Below are positions 23,244 to 33,221 of a stretch of 64,000 bases of DNA, one piece after another. The stretch lies in assembly GCA_049852185.1 (NCBI GenBank), contig CP187540.1; one strand, given 5' to 3'. The stretch comes from Methanocaldococcus sp. 28A (GTDB lineage Archaea > AGJL01 > Methanococci > Methanococcales > Methanocaldococcaceae). Within the stretch, counting starts at the first letter, position 1. The number at the start of each line of letters is the position of its first letter. A model generated the notes under the pieces. That model was not told the DNA's origin, ran no database searches, and was given only the letters and a program-made list of their open reading frames with translations. The position numbers and the translations under genes are program-made.

Positions 23244-24122
23244 ATGGAAGTAATTCCATTAGCATCTGAAAGCTTAGGAGTTAGGTCATTGGCAACCTAT
23301 GTTAAAACAAAGGATGTGGGGATTTTAATAGACCCTGGTGTTGCTTTAGCCCCAGATAGATTTGGTTTAAAACCAAATGATATAGAATTTAAAAAATTAA
23401 AAGAACTGAGAAATAAAATCAATGAGTATGCAAAAAAAAGTGATATTATAATTATTTCTCATTATCATTACGACCATTATACACCATTTTTTGATGACAT
23501 ATACTTAGAGTCAAAGGATTATGCCAAAGAACTATACAAGAACAAAATATTACTAATAAAGCATCCAACTGAATTTATAAATAAAAGTCAGATGGAGAGA
23601 GCAAAAAAATTTTTGGAACATGTTAAAAATATTGCAAAAAAGATAGAATTTGCAGACAACAAAACATTTAAATTTGGAAAGACAGAGATAAAATTTTCCC
23701 CACCATTTCCACATGGAAGAGATAACAAGTTAGGATATGTTTTAATAACAACAATTAAAGAAGGTAATTTTAAGTTTATGCACACTTCAGACACTCAAGG
23801 AATATTATTTGATGAGATTAGGGATTATATAATTAAAGAAAAACCAAATCTAATACTTATAGGAGGTCCTCCTACATATTTAATGCATAGATACGGAAAA
23901 AAGAACTTAGAAAAAACCAACGAAAATTTAAAATATATAGTGGAAAATACTGGAGCTGAGATTATAATTGACCATCACTTATTAAGAGATAAAAAGTTTA
24001 GAGAAAAGATAAATATTGATTTCAAAACAGTTGCTGAGTTTTTAGGAGAAAAGAATCTGTTATTGGAAGCATATAGAAAAGAGATTAAGCATGGAAAATG
24101 TTTAGAGGAATTATTTAAATAA
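23244..24122 (+). CDS. Metallo-beta-lactamase fold hydrolase (UPF0282-like)
   Basis: ESLGVRS, ISHYHYDH, HTSDTQG, IDHHLLRD. Confidence 0.85.
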   Translation: MEVIPLASESLGVRSLATYVKTKDVGILIDPGVALAPDRFGLKPNDIEFKKLKELRNKINEYAKKSDIIIISHYHYDHYTPFFDDIYLESKDYAKELYKNKILLIKHPTEFINKSQMERAKKFLEHVKNIAKKIEFADNKTFKFGKTEIKFSPPFPHGRDNKLGYVLITTIKEGNFKFMHTSDTQGILFDEIRDYIIKEKPNLILIGGPPTYLMHRYGKKNLEKTNENLKYIVENTGAEIIIDHHLLRDKKFREKINIDFKTVAEFLGEKNLLLEAYRKEIKHGKCLEELFK

Positions 24123-24156
24123 TTCATAAAAATATATAAAATTTTGAAGAAATAAA

Positions 24157-24345
24157 GCCTCAATGATGAAAGTTACCGTTCTGGTTATCCGCTACTTTTG
24201 GAACAATTGAAACAATTGTAGCAGATAACCTTCCAGCCTCCTAATTTCATCGGCTGGCAATCGGGGGGAACGGGAACTCCCCACATCTTCGGATTAATAG
24301 CAGTCCCATTCGGGCTTAGTTTCCCCCACATATCGGGACCGCTAT
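24157..24345 (-). ncRNA. Candidate structured ncRNA with K-loop and 3' tail antisense to the neighbouring C/D sRNA
   Basis: GC-rich island. Stems AUAGCGGUCCC/GGGACUGCUAU, CCAGCC-GAUGA..GA-GGCUGG and GGUUAUCUGCUAC/GUAGCGGAUAACC; mismatches resolve to G-U only on the minus strand; TTTAAATA box starts 29 nt upstream. Confidence 0.6.
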
Positions 24346-24387
24346 ATTACAATCTTGTGGTTGTAGTATTTAAAATTTGTTGTAATC

Positions 24388-24460
24388 AATGCCTCGATGA
24401 TGAAAGTTACCCCCACCGACCTTTTTGGGATGAAGAAATCGGCACTGACTGAGAGGCATT
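24388..24460 (+). ncRNA. Box C/D methylation guide sRNA
   Basis: 8-bp terminal stem AAUGCCUC/GAGGCAUU, box C AUGAUGA (24397), D' CCGA (24416), C'-like GGGAUGA (24427), box D CUGA (24449). Confidence 0.85.
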
Positions 24461-24463
24461 ATT

Positions 24464-24574
24464 TATAGTTGTGTGTAAAATAAAATAAACTTTTATAATG
24501 GCAATTTGAATGCCTTCCATAAGGAAGACATTCACTAATTCCTTATTTTTAAGATAGTTTTGCACACAACTATA
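24464..24574. repeat. Palindromic intergenic repeat, family A
   Basis: Same TIRs as the 13454 copy, opposite orientation. Confidence 0.9.
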
Positions 24575-24604
24575 GTCTATATTAATTCTATGTAAGTGAT
24601 TTTT

Positions 24605-25951
24605 ATGTTTGTAGATGAGATTATAAACAATTTAAAAGAAAATGAATTCCTAAATACTTCTCTTTTGACTAAAAGTAATAAAAATAGATTATACTATGCT
24701 GTAAAACAGCCAGATGGGAATATAAAAGTTGTTTTGCCTTTTGTTTTTGAAAATAAAAATTTTTTAAAACTTTCTGAATATGGAAATGGAATAGAAGGAG
24801 CTACGCAGAGGGTTATTGAAGAAATAAAAAAAGAAATAATTAATAAAAAGAGATTTTTACCATTAGCAGGATATTTTGGTAGAATATATAAAGCTTTGTA
24901 TGAACCATTAACTGTAGTGAATTGTGATTTAAATTTGGGATATGATTTGTGGAGAGCTGACAAATATAACTATATTAAAGGAAATAAGATGTATCTAATG
25001 CTCAGAATGATTTTTAAAGAAAAAGATGCTAAAGAAATTGCTAAACAAATCAATGCGCTTTGTAATAACTTAGATAAATTTATTAAAAACATTTCAATTG
25101 ATTTATTAATTGATGAAGCTAAAAATATAATAAATCAAAAATATCTTAGGGATAAATTGGATGAACTTGGTTTAGTTTGCTTTATTGCAAATAATTCAAA
25201 GCCAGCAAGAAAATATACTGATGTTAGAAGGCATTACAGAATAGCAGGACCTAAGGAAATAAATATTCCATTTGAATGCCCAGAAGAACTTGAACCAATA
25301 GAGATAAAGCTTAAATATGGTAAGAAAATTAAAGGATTGGGTATAAAAAAGAAAGAAATATTTATAATTACTGGAAGAAATGCTCAAGGAAAAACAACTC
25401 TTTTGCAGGCAATAGATAGTGGTAGAGATGACCACTTAATTGGAGATGGGAGAGAGTTCATTATAACTACTAAAAGCCTATCCAGGGCATCAACTGGGAG
25501 TATGGAAATGAATGGACAAGATATAAGTATGTTTTTCCAAAAACTACCTCCAGGAATTAAAGGAACTCCAAAAGCTGTTTATGGAACTGCCTCAGGCTCA
25601 ATGTATATGGCTTACCAAATACAAAGGTCTATAAAAAATAAAACTAAGCTTATTTTGATAGATGAAGACAACTCAGCTGTAAATTTATTAGTTAGTGGTG
25701 TTTTAAGTAAGTGGTTTGAGGGAGTTAAGTCACTATCTGAAATAATTATAGAAAATAGAGAAAAACTTGGAGATAGCTCTTTTATTATAGTAACAAGTTC
25801 GTTGGATTTATTAACTGCTTTGGGGGATAGGGCAATTTACTTAGAAAACCATAAAGCTAAATATCTTGATTTAAATTATTTTAGAAAAGAGCTTGGGAAA
25901 TATTACTTAGAGTTAGCATCTATGTTATTGTATGGAAAATTTTCTAAATAG
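24605..25951 (+). CDS. P-loop ATPase (ABC-class ATPase-like, uncharacterised)
   Basis: Walker A GRNAQGKTT, GDGREF, TASGS, Walker B ILIDED. Confidence 0.8.
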   Translation: MFVDEIINNLKENEFLNTSLLTKSNKNRLYYAVKQPDGNIKVVLPFVFENKNFLKLSEYGNGIEGATQRVIEEIKKEIINKKRFLPLAGYFGRIYKALYEPLTVVNCDLNLGYDLWRADKYNYIKGNKMYLMLRMIFKEKDAKEIAKQINALCNNLDKFIKNISIDLLIDEAKNIINQKYLRDKLDELGLVCFIANNSKPARKYTDVRRHYRIAGPKEINIPFECPEELEPIEIKLKYGKKIKGLGIKKKEIFIITGRNAQGKTTLLQAIDSGRDDHLIGDGREFIITTKSLSRASTGSMEMNGQDISMFFQKLPPGIKGTPKAVYGTASGSMYMAYQIQRSIKNKTKLILIDEDNSAVNLLVSGVLSKWFEGVKSLSEIIIENREKLGDSSFIIVTSSLDLLTALGDRAIYLENHKAKYLDLNYFRKELGKYYLELASMLLYGKFSK

Positions 25952-26382
25952 TTATACAGCACCTCCAAACATCATATAGTTATTAAAAAAATAAAATAGA
26001 GGATGATAGAATGAACGACATAAAATTGTTGGCTATAAAATCATTTAATAAATTTAACGAATTCATAAACAACACTCTATGAATTAATCCAAAGATTTAT
26101 CGAGTTGAAGATTATACAAGCCTTCCACAAGGAAAGTATTTGCTAATTCCTTATTTTAATTAAGATATAAATACTATCTTGAGGAGGAATATAAAAAAGA
26201 ATATAAAAAAAGAAGAAAAATGGGAATTCGATTTTAAATTCCAAACTAATACATAATGTGCGAAAGTCCTATTATTAGATGAGTTCGAATATTCAATCAT
26301 GGTTATGCGTAATACTCAGTCATGTATGTTTAATACATATTCGTAGATACTGTATTATTATTAAATTAAATCTGTATTATTA

Positions 26383-27390
26383 TTAAATTAAATCTAATTT
26401 ATATTTTTTTGCTAAGTCTAAAGCAATTACCATCTCCTCATATGTTAAAGTTCTATTTATGTCTGGATAATATTTAGCTTTATATTCTGGACGATATTGA
26501 AACATTACATTAACTACAGCATTGTCCAAATATTTAGAAATAAATTCAAATATTTTCTCTGTGCAACAATAAAGGTGGTTGGGCATTACTAAGTGCCTTA
26601 TAATAACTTCCTCATCTCTTATAAGTAAATGATTTCTACTAATTATATCAAAATAGTTCTCAATTTTTGATAATCTTTTTCCACATTCATTATTTCCAAA
26701 TTTAAAATCTGTTAAGAAAACATCAACGACACCTTTTAATAAACTTAGTCCCTCAACAGTCAGATACATATTTGAGTTCCAAACAATAGGAATATTTACA
26801 TTTAGATATTTTAATGTCTCTAAAATACTTAATAAATGAGGAGTAGGCTCTCCTCCAACAAAATTAACATTTTTTGAAATATTTCTTCTATATTCTATAA
26901 TTTTAGCCATTTCTTTTGGATTATAAGGGATGCATAAATTTGGTATAGAATCATCAAAATATATTTGAGATATGTCCCAATTTTGGCAGAAGACACATTT
27001 AAAATTACATCCACAGAAAAAAATTGTGTGTGATGGCACTAAAATATCTTCTTCACCATAATGTAAGAATTCTGATGAGTAATAGCTTTTTTTTATTTTA
27101 CAAAATCCTCTCTCATTTTCTCTATTTACATAACATCTGTGCTCACAAAAATAACAATTTCTAAAAATTCTTTTAGCAATTTCTATTTTTAAATCTAATA
27201 AGTTTGGTTTAACAAATTCCAAATCTTCAAAATTGATATTAAAGTCTAATTTTTTTATAAGTTTGTTATGTAAGTTCCATAATTCGTTTATTTCCAAACT
27301 ATCAAATTCTTCAACTTCTATACACTTAGTTATTATGAACTTTGCTGGGACTAAATCTTTTGACACAGCTAAATATCTTTCAAGTTTCAT
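26383..27390 (-). CDS. Radical SAM protein, PflX-like
   Basis: CYFCEHRCYVNR, HYGEE, GCNFKCVFCQNWDIS, GGEPTP, DFKFGN. Confidence 0.88.
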   Translation of the reverse strand: MKLERYLAVSKDLVPAKFIITKCIEVEEFDSLEINELWNLHNKLIKKLDFNINFEDLEFVKPNLLDLKIEIAKRIFRNCYFCEHRCYVNRENERGFCKIKKSYYSSEFLHYGEEDILVPSHTIFFCGCNFKCVFCQNWDISQIYFDDSIPNLCIPYNPKEMAKIIEYRRNISKNVNFVGGEPTPHLLSILETLKYLNVNIPIVWNSNMYLTVEGLSLLKGVVDVFLTDFKFGNNECGKRLSKIENYFDIISRNHLLIRDEEVIIRHLVMPNHLYCCTEKIFEFISKYLDNAVVNVMFQYRPEYKAKYYPDINRTLTYEEMVIALDLAKKYKLDLI

Positions 27391-27461
27391 AATCTCACAC
27401 ATTAATAGTTAATTTAAATAAATAAATATATGTAGGATATAAAAAATAAAAGATTAGAGAT

Positions 27462-27851
27462 TTACTCTTTAATTAATATTGCATTGACAGTTCCATCTTG
27501 CCCTGGTCTTGATGTAACTTTTGCCAAACCAAGCTCTGTTTCAATAATTGCTCCTTTTGTTATAACGTTTCTTCTAACGTAGTGGATGTTTGCAGTGTTT
27601 TCTCTAACTTTTATTATTTTAACTTTTTTACAGGTATTTGTTTCTGGGTCTAACACATTAGCAAAGCCTGTTCTAACAACTTTAACCTTTAAGTTTCCTC
27701 CTCTTGTTCTAACCTTCTTTACTTTGATAACATCTTCTACTACGTGTGTTTCAATTGGTTCTCTACCCATTTCATATTTTCTCTTTTTTCTTGCTGGTCT
27801 ATATAATCCTCCTGTTGGTTTTCTTCTACTTCGTCCTTGCCATACACTCAT
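27462..27851 (-). CDS. rps8e: 30S ribosomal protein S8e
   Basis: [23 protein letters not shown]. Confidence 0.97.
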   Translation of the reverse strand: MSVWQGRSRRKPTGGLYRPARKKRKYEMGREPIETHVVEDVIKVKKVRTRGGNLKVKVVRTGFANVLDPETNTCKKVKIIKVRENTANIHYVRRNVITKGAIIETELGLAKVTSRPGQDGTVNAILIKE

Positions 27852-27876
27852 ATTAACACCCGGTAATTGTTTTTAA

Positions 27877-27973
27877 TATAGGCCTTTCGCAGAATAAATA
27901 TTTTATTGACATGGAGACACCTTTAAGGTGCCTAAATTCCAAGATTAATATTATAAACTGCGAAAGGCCTATA
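27877..27973. repeat. Palindromic intergenic repeat, family B
   Basis: Perfect 16-bp TIR TATAGGCCTTTCGCAG / CTGCGAAAGGCCTATA; inner CACCT-TTA-AGGTG hairpin. Confidence 0.88.
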
Positions 27974-28169
27974 AATTTTCAATTAGATTTCTCTCTTATC
28001 CTAATCCTATAACTTCTTTGGAGAATTTATCCCAAATACTATTTATAATTTTATAATTTTTAATTTAAATTTTGTTTTGTAAAAGAGACACGGGTCAGCA
28101 TGCGAGTCTATAAATAATGAATAAATACATAGGATATATAAAAACTTAACTATTATATTATGAGGTTGA

Positions 28170-28402
28170 GGATGTCAAGATAAGATTAAATATATATGTG
28201 CAAATACAGGAAGATATGACACTTATGATAGAAACATTAAAGAAAAGGATTATTAAAGTCAATAAGAGATTAAAATTTTTAGCAGGAGAGTTTGTTTCTT
28301 TCACAGTTTGAGAGCATAAGTCATGAATCGGTTAGGACATATTAAACGAGCATGAAAGAAAGACAAGAAACATAATAGCAATCGATGAAACTAAACTAAA
28401 AT
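28170..28402 (+). mobile_element. Degraded IS6-family transposase remnant
   Basis: Fragments in different frames: MTLMIETLKKRIIKV..KFLAG, SLFLSQFESISHESVR, ERKTRNIIAIDETKLK (first DDE Asp motif of IS6 transposases). Confidence 0.7.
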
Positions 28403-28535
28403 ATAGTATACTGAAACAATTATAGTAAAATACATTCTAAAAAGAAAAAGATTGAACAAAATCCATTTTGGATTTTATAACTCTCCGCTCACTTTGTGAG
28501 CTCCGAAGCCAAAACGATTAATAAGAAAAAAGAGA

Positions 28536-29789
28536 TTAAACTTGTTGCCAGTTGATTTTTCCAGTGGTTGAGTCCCAGATTCCAACCAACTTCCAACCAT
28601 CTTTTGTTACTGAAAAGATTCCATAGTTTCCACTTGCTCTATCATTCCATTCATTTAATTTTATGTAGCCAGTTACTGATTTAACACCAAACTTACCCTC
28701 TGAATATTTAACTGCATTCTCTTTTATTAATTTAGCTAATAAATCAGCATCGTATTTTCCTTCTTTTTGTAACATTTCAGCATAAGAAATAGCTCCTACC
28801 CAAAACGCATCATAGACGTTTAACGCATACTGGTCAGGTTCTCCGTAACCTCTTTTCTTAAATTCTTCTTTTATCTTTTTAGCTTCATCAGTTTCTGAGT
28901 AGAACATTGTTGAATACAATCCAACTTTTTCAGCTTTATTCTTTACTTCTTCTATAACTTTTTTACTATTTGCTGTTCCATCACATCCTATCCACTTGTG
29001 GTTTAATAGTGGTGAGTTATCTGGAATTTGTGCCAATAGGGTTGCAACTTCTTCATAACCAATGAATATTATTCCTGTATTGTTTCCTTTTCCACTAATA
29101 TCATTTGTTGCAGTTTGAATTATTGGACTCCAATCTCCAATGTTAGGGTCATAAGGTATTTCATCTATTATATTTATTCCATTAGCTTTTAATTTCTCAA
29201 CTGTAGCTTTCTCTAAACCATCTCCCCATGCATCTTTTCTATAAATAATAACAACATTCTTTAAACCAAGTTCTTTAGCTAAATCACCTATAGCATTTCC
29301 TTGGAAGTTGTCTGTTGGGACGAATCTAAAGATGTACTTTTTATCTTCTGGCTTAGCACATCCAATCATTTCTGGTGGAGCTGTTGATGATGGAGATATT
29401 ATTACAAGTTTGTTTGAATTTACGAAACTTTTAATATTTTTAACTTCTCCACTAGACATTGGACCTAAAAAAAAGTTTATTCCCAGAGTATGAAGTGCTT
29501 GTATTTTATCTAAACAAACCTTTGGGTCTGCCTTTGTGTCTTCAACATAGAGCTTGACTTTATAAGGTATTCCTTTCTCTTCAAAGTATTTATTTATCTT
29601 CTCTTCAGCAATTTCACAGATATGCATTTCATTGTTTCCATAGGTTGCTAAACCACTGGATAAATCAACTAACAACCCAACCTTAATAACATTTTCTTGG
29701 GCTGTTGAAGATGTTTGTTGGGTACATCCTGCTAAAAATACTCCTCCAACGATTATTATCCCTAAAAATAGAGCAATTATCTTTCTAAT
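28536..29789 (-). CDS. Branched-chain amino acid-type ABC transporter substrate-binding lipoprotein (probable ATT start)
   Basis: Periplasmic-binding fold motifs (LGPMSS, ISPSSTAP, FRFVPTD, DAWGDGL). Frame stays open 38 codons upstream of the track start and encodes a signal peptide with lipobox LAGC. Confidence 0.85.
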   Translation of the reverse strand: MRKIIALFLGIIIVGGVFLAGCTQQTSSTAQENVIKVGLLVDLSSGLATYGNNEMHICEIAEEKINKYFEEKGIPYKVKLYVEDTKADPKVCLDKIQALHTLGINFFLGPMSSGEVKNIKSFVNSNKLVIISPSSTAPPEMIGCAKPEDKKYIFRFVPTDNFQGNAIGDLAKELGLKNVVIIYRKDAWGDGLEKATVEKLKANGINIIDEIPYDPNIGDWSPIIQTATNDISGKGNNTGIIFIGYEEVATLLAQIPDNSPLLNHKWIGCDGTANSKKVIEEVKNKAEKVGLYSTMFYSETDEAKKIKEEFKKRGYGEPDQYALNVYDAFWVGAISYAEMLQKEGKYDADLLAKLIKENAVKYSEGKFGVKSVTGYIKLNEWNDRASGNYGIFSVTKDGWKLVGIWDSTTGKINWQQV

Positions 29790-30052
29790 AATATCACCTC
29801 ATTAAAAGCTATAGCAATTTTATTTTTTATGAATATATAATATTTAAATTTTTCGAGATGAATTTTGAACTGTAATATCCTGAAATTATTTCGCAATTAT
29901 AATTCATGAAATCACCTAAATATTATTAACGGTATTTTCGAAATAAACCTCGTAAGGAGTTCTATAATCTAAAGAACGATGAGATTTTATTTTATTATGC
30001 TAATTAATCGATATTCAACTCTTCATTTATCCGTTCAACTTTTCCTATGGCA

Positions 30053-30145
30053 AGACTTTCGCACTTTATATAATTAAATTAAGGAAAAAATAATACCAAA
30101 GGCATCAAATTTCATTAATATTATTTATACCTGCGAAAGTCCTAT
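30053..30145. repeat. Palindromic intergenic repeat, family B
   Basis: GACTTTCGCA ... TGCGAAAGTC termini. Confidence 0.8.
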
Positions 30146-30156
30146 TGTAATAACAT

Positions 30157-31212
30157 TTAGATTTTCTTATAAACATGGATGTGTCTAATCAGCCCCTTAT
30201 GGACATATACTTTATAAAGTCCTTCTAATTCCATCTCAAGGTCAATCTTTTTTGGATATGCAAAAACAAAGTAGCCATTTTCTTTAATAACCTCTGGGAG
30301 AGTTTCTAATATCTTTTCAATTTCACCTTTTTTTGCTGTCGATATTCCATAAGGAGGGTCTGTTACAATGGCATCAACTTTTTCTATGTTTAATTCATTT
30401 AAAAACTCTTTTACATATTTGGCATCTAATTTTTTAACTTTTATTACTTTATCTAACAAGTTGTACTCTTCAAGATTGATTAAAGTTCCAGAAGCCATTC
30501 TCCAATCTATATCACAACCAATTAGCTTAGCCCCAATTAAACCAGCTTCAATTAAAAATCCACCAGTTCCACAAAATGGGTCTAAAACAATATCTTCTTC
30601 TTTAACTCTTGCTAAATTTACCATAGCTCTCGCAAGTTTTGGAAGCATACAACCTGGATGGAAGTATTTTCTTAAATGCGGTCTATTTTTTTGGAAATAT
30701 TCTCTGTCTCTCATATATAATACATTGGAAATAAAAAATGTATTTTCTAAGATAACCACTCTAACTAACACATTTGGTTTTGTTAAATTTACTTTTGCAC
30801 TAGTTTTTAATTTTATAATTCCCCCAATTTCTCTCTCAATTTTTAATGAGTCTATGGATTTTGTAAATTCATCTTTGTAGAGTTTTAAAACTCTAACAGC
30901 AAATGATTTGCTCTTATTAATGTCAGGATAATCAATATTTGCTATAAAATCTTTAAATGAGTTTATAAAATCATCAACAATTTTATCTACTAAATCTATA
31001 TTCCTTTCTTCTAAATTGTATTTGAATATTATCCTATGCCCTTCGTCTATATACCCACTTCTTCTAACAACATCTTTAGCTGGACTATCTTCAGTTACAA
31101 CGTATCTTTTTAATCTCTCAATATTTCCATTGTAGTTAAAAATCTCCAATAATGCCATGAGCTCTCCATAAGGGATTTCTTCATGCTCTCCATTTAAAAC
31201 ATATCCAATCAT
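30157..31212 (-). CDS. trm11: tRNA (guanine(10)-N2)-methyltransferase, THUMP plus MTase domains
   Basis: PKLARAMVNL, LDPFCGTGG, VTDPPYG. Confidence 0.88.
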   Translation of the reverse strand: MIGYVLNGEHEEIPYGELMALLEIFNYNGNIERLKRYVVTEDSPAKDVVRRSGYIDEGHRIIFKYNLEERNIDLVDKIVDDFINSFKDFIANIDYPDINKSKSFAVRVLKLYKDEFTKSIDSLKIEREIGGIIKLKTSAKVNLTKPNVLVRVVILENTFFISNVLYMRDREYFQKNRPHLRKYFHPGCMLPKLARAMVNLARVKEEDIVLDPFCGTGGFLIEAGLIGAKLIGCDIDWRMASGTLINLEEYNLLDKVIKVKKLDAKYVKEFLNELNIEKVDAIVTDPPYGISTAKKGEIEKILETLPEVIKENGYFVFAYPKKIDLEMELEGLYKVYVHKGLIRHIHVYKKI

Positions 31213-31249
31213 AATTATACCTCAAAAATATTTTTTAGTTTTAATTCTA

Positions 31250-32605
31250 TTATTTAGAATATTTGATTAATGTTTTTATTGTTAAAATTCCAAATAGAAA
31301 TGCAAAAATTCCGGATGTGAATTCTCCAGTCACTAAACCTCCATATATTCCAAACATTCCTAACCCTAAAATTATAGCAAATAAATAAGCATATCCTATA
31401 TGACATACTAAAGACCTAAATATAGCTATTATCAAGGATTTCTCTCCCTTTCCAATTCCTTGAAACATTGCAGATGTTGTTAAAATAAATGGAGTAAATA
31501 GTAAATATAATGAAACGATTCTTAAAGCTTTAACAAGTTCTTCATGAAGTCTCATAGAAACTTCAGTGTAAGTAAATAGATAAGACAAAACTGGGGCTAA
31601 GAGCAATATTAAAGCAACTATAACAATTTCCATTAAAATTCCAATTTTTATTGTATAAAAATAAGCTATTTTTAATTTTTCAAAACTCTTTGCTCCATAA
31701 GCGGCTCCTATAACTGATGTAGCTCCACTTGCCAAACCTAACATTGGAATAAAACCAAACTCTGTTATCCTTAAAGCTCCAGTATAGACAGCTAATCCTT
31801 CGCTACCTCCAACAATCATAATTATTGATGTCATTATAAAAAATGATACTGCAACGGTCATTTCCATTAGTGCTGAAGGAATTCCTACTCTAATTAAATC
31901 AACAAAAATATTTAAGTTAGGTTTAAATTTTGATAACTTAACAGTAACATAACATGCCTTTTTTATAAATAAATTGTAAGCTAAAATTAAGAGGGATATA
32001 GTTATGGCTATTAAAGTAGCATAACTTGCCCCACTTATCCCTAAGTTTAACATATAGATGAATACTGGGTCTAAAATGATGTTTGTTAAGGTTCCTACAA
32101 CACTTGCTATCATAACAATTTTTGTATTCCCCTCACCTCTAAATATTCCATACAACGCATCGCAAATTGTAAATATAACAGTCCCTAAAACTAATATACT
32201 TGAATATTTTATAGCCAAGGATTTACAAGCCCCATAAGTTCCCATTAGGCTAAATAGGGTATCAAGATTTGGATATACTGCTAAGATATACAAAATTCCA
32301 GCAATCAATGCTAATATAATTGCATGATTTGCCACTTTATCAGATTCTTCTTTATTTTTTGCTCCAACTCTCCTTGCTATTCCTGAACTAATTCCAATAC
32401 TCAAACCCCAACTAACTGCATATATGCTAATTAATATGGGAAAACTCGCTCCCACAGCTGCTAAGGCATCAGCTCCCAATCCAGAGACCCAGATGCTATC
32501 AACTAAGCTATAGATTGATTCAATAAATGTAGCAATAATTATAGGTTTTGATACTTCAATTACAGCTTTTTTTGGATTATTTAGGAGAATTTCAACATTT
32601 TTCAT
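31250..32605 (-). CDS. MATE family efflux transporter
   Basis: Multiple TM segments, [27 protein letters not shown]. Confidence 0.92.
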   Translation of the reverse strand: MKNVEILLNNPKKAVIEVSKPIIIATFIESIYSLVDSIWVSGLGADALAAVGASFPILISIYAVSWGLSIGISSGIARRVGAKNKEESDKVANHAIILALIAGILYILAVYPNLDTLFSLMGTYGACKSLAIKYSSILVLGTVIFTICDALYGIFRGEGNTKIVMIASVVGTLTNIILDPVFIYMLNLGISGASYATLIAITISLLILAYNLFIKKACYVTVKLSKFKPNLNIFVDLIRVGIPSALMEMTVAVSFFIMTSIIMIVGGSEGLAVYTGALRITEFGFIPMLGLASGATSVIGAAYGAKSFEKLKIAYFYTIKIGILMEIVIVALILLLAPVLSYLFTYTEVSMRLHEELVKALRIVSLYLLFTPFILTTSAMFQGIGKGEKSLIIAIFRSLVCHIGYAYLFAIILGLGMFGIYGGLVTGEFTSGIFAFLFGILTIKTLIKYSK

Positions 32606-32689
32606 TCTCTATCACCACAATAACAGTAAAAAATAAATACTACTTATACAACTTAATTTTCTTTACAATTTTACAAAATTGTGATAACA

Positions 32690-33199
32690 ATGCCGAAGCT
32701 TTTCATATATCATGCAAATCAATGCAACCCAAAAAAATGCACATCCTTAAAAATGGCTAAGATGAATAAAGCCATTTTGTTAAAAAACCCATACAAAGTT
32801 CCAAAAAACTCAATAATTCTAAATCCTTACGCTGAAAAAGCTTTATCTCCAGAAGATAAAAAAATAGTGGAAAAGTTTGGCATAACAGCTCTGGACTGTT
32901 CATGGAAAGAAGCAGAGTTGATGTTTAAGAAATTTAAATTTAAAAACCAAAGGTCTTTACCGTTTTTAGTTGCCTGTAATCCAATAAATTATGGAAAGCC
33001 TTGCATGCTTTCAACATTAGAAGCTTTTATTGCTGCTTTATATATAACTAACTTTAAAGATGAAGCATTAAATTTAACCTCTTGCTTTAAGTGGGCAGAA
33101 ACATTTATAAATGTTAATAATGAATTATTAGAGAGATACTCAAATGCTGAAAATTCAGCAGAAGTTGTTGAAATTCAACAAGAGTATTTGCAAAGATAA
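32690..33199 (+). CDS. tsr3: 16S rRNA aminocarboxypropyltransferase
   Basis: CNPKKCT, LDCSW, RSLPFLVACNPINYGK, LSTLEA. Confidence 0.93.
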   Translation: MPKLFIYHANQCNPKKCTSLKMAKMNKAILLKNPYKVPKNSIILNPYAEKALSPEDKKIVEKFGITALDCSWKEAELMFKKFKFKNQRSLPFLVACNPINYGKPCMLSTLEAFIAALYITNFKDEALNLTSCFKWAETFINVNNELLERYSNAENSAEVVEIQQEYLQR

Positions 33200-33221
33200 A
33201 AAATTTCATAATGAAGTTTAT

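Noticed and set aside
24157-24460. TIGR-like tandem box C/D guide array or tRNA/SRP/RNase P RNA
   Set aside because: Only two box C copies, no regular periodicity, no adjacent Nop-domain gene, and no hallmark sequences of those RNAs.
26011-26082. Short ORF MNDIKLLAIKSFNKFNEFINNTL after GAGGAT
   Set aside because: 23 codons among decayed repeat fragments, with no further support.
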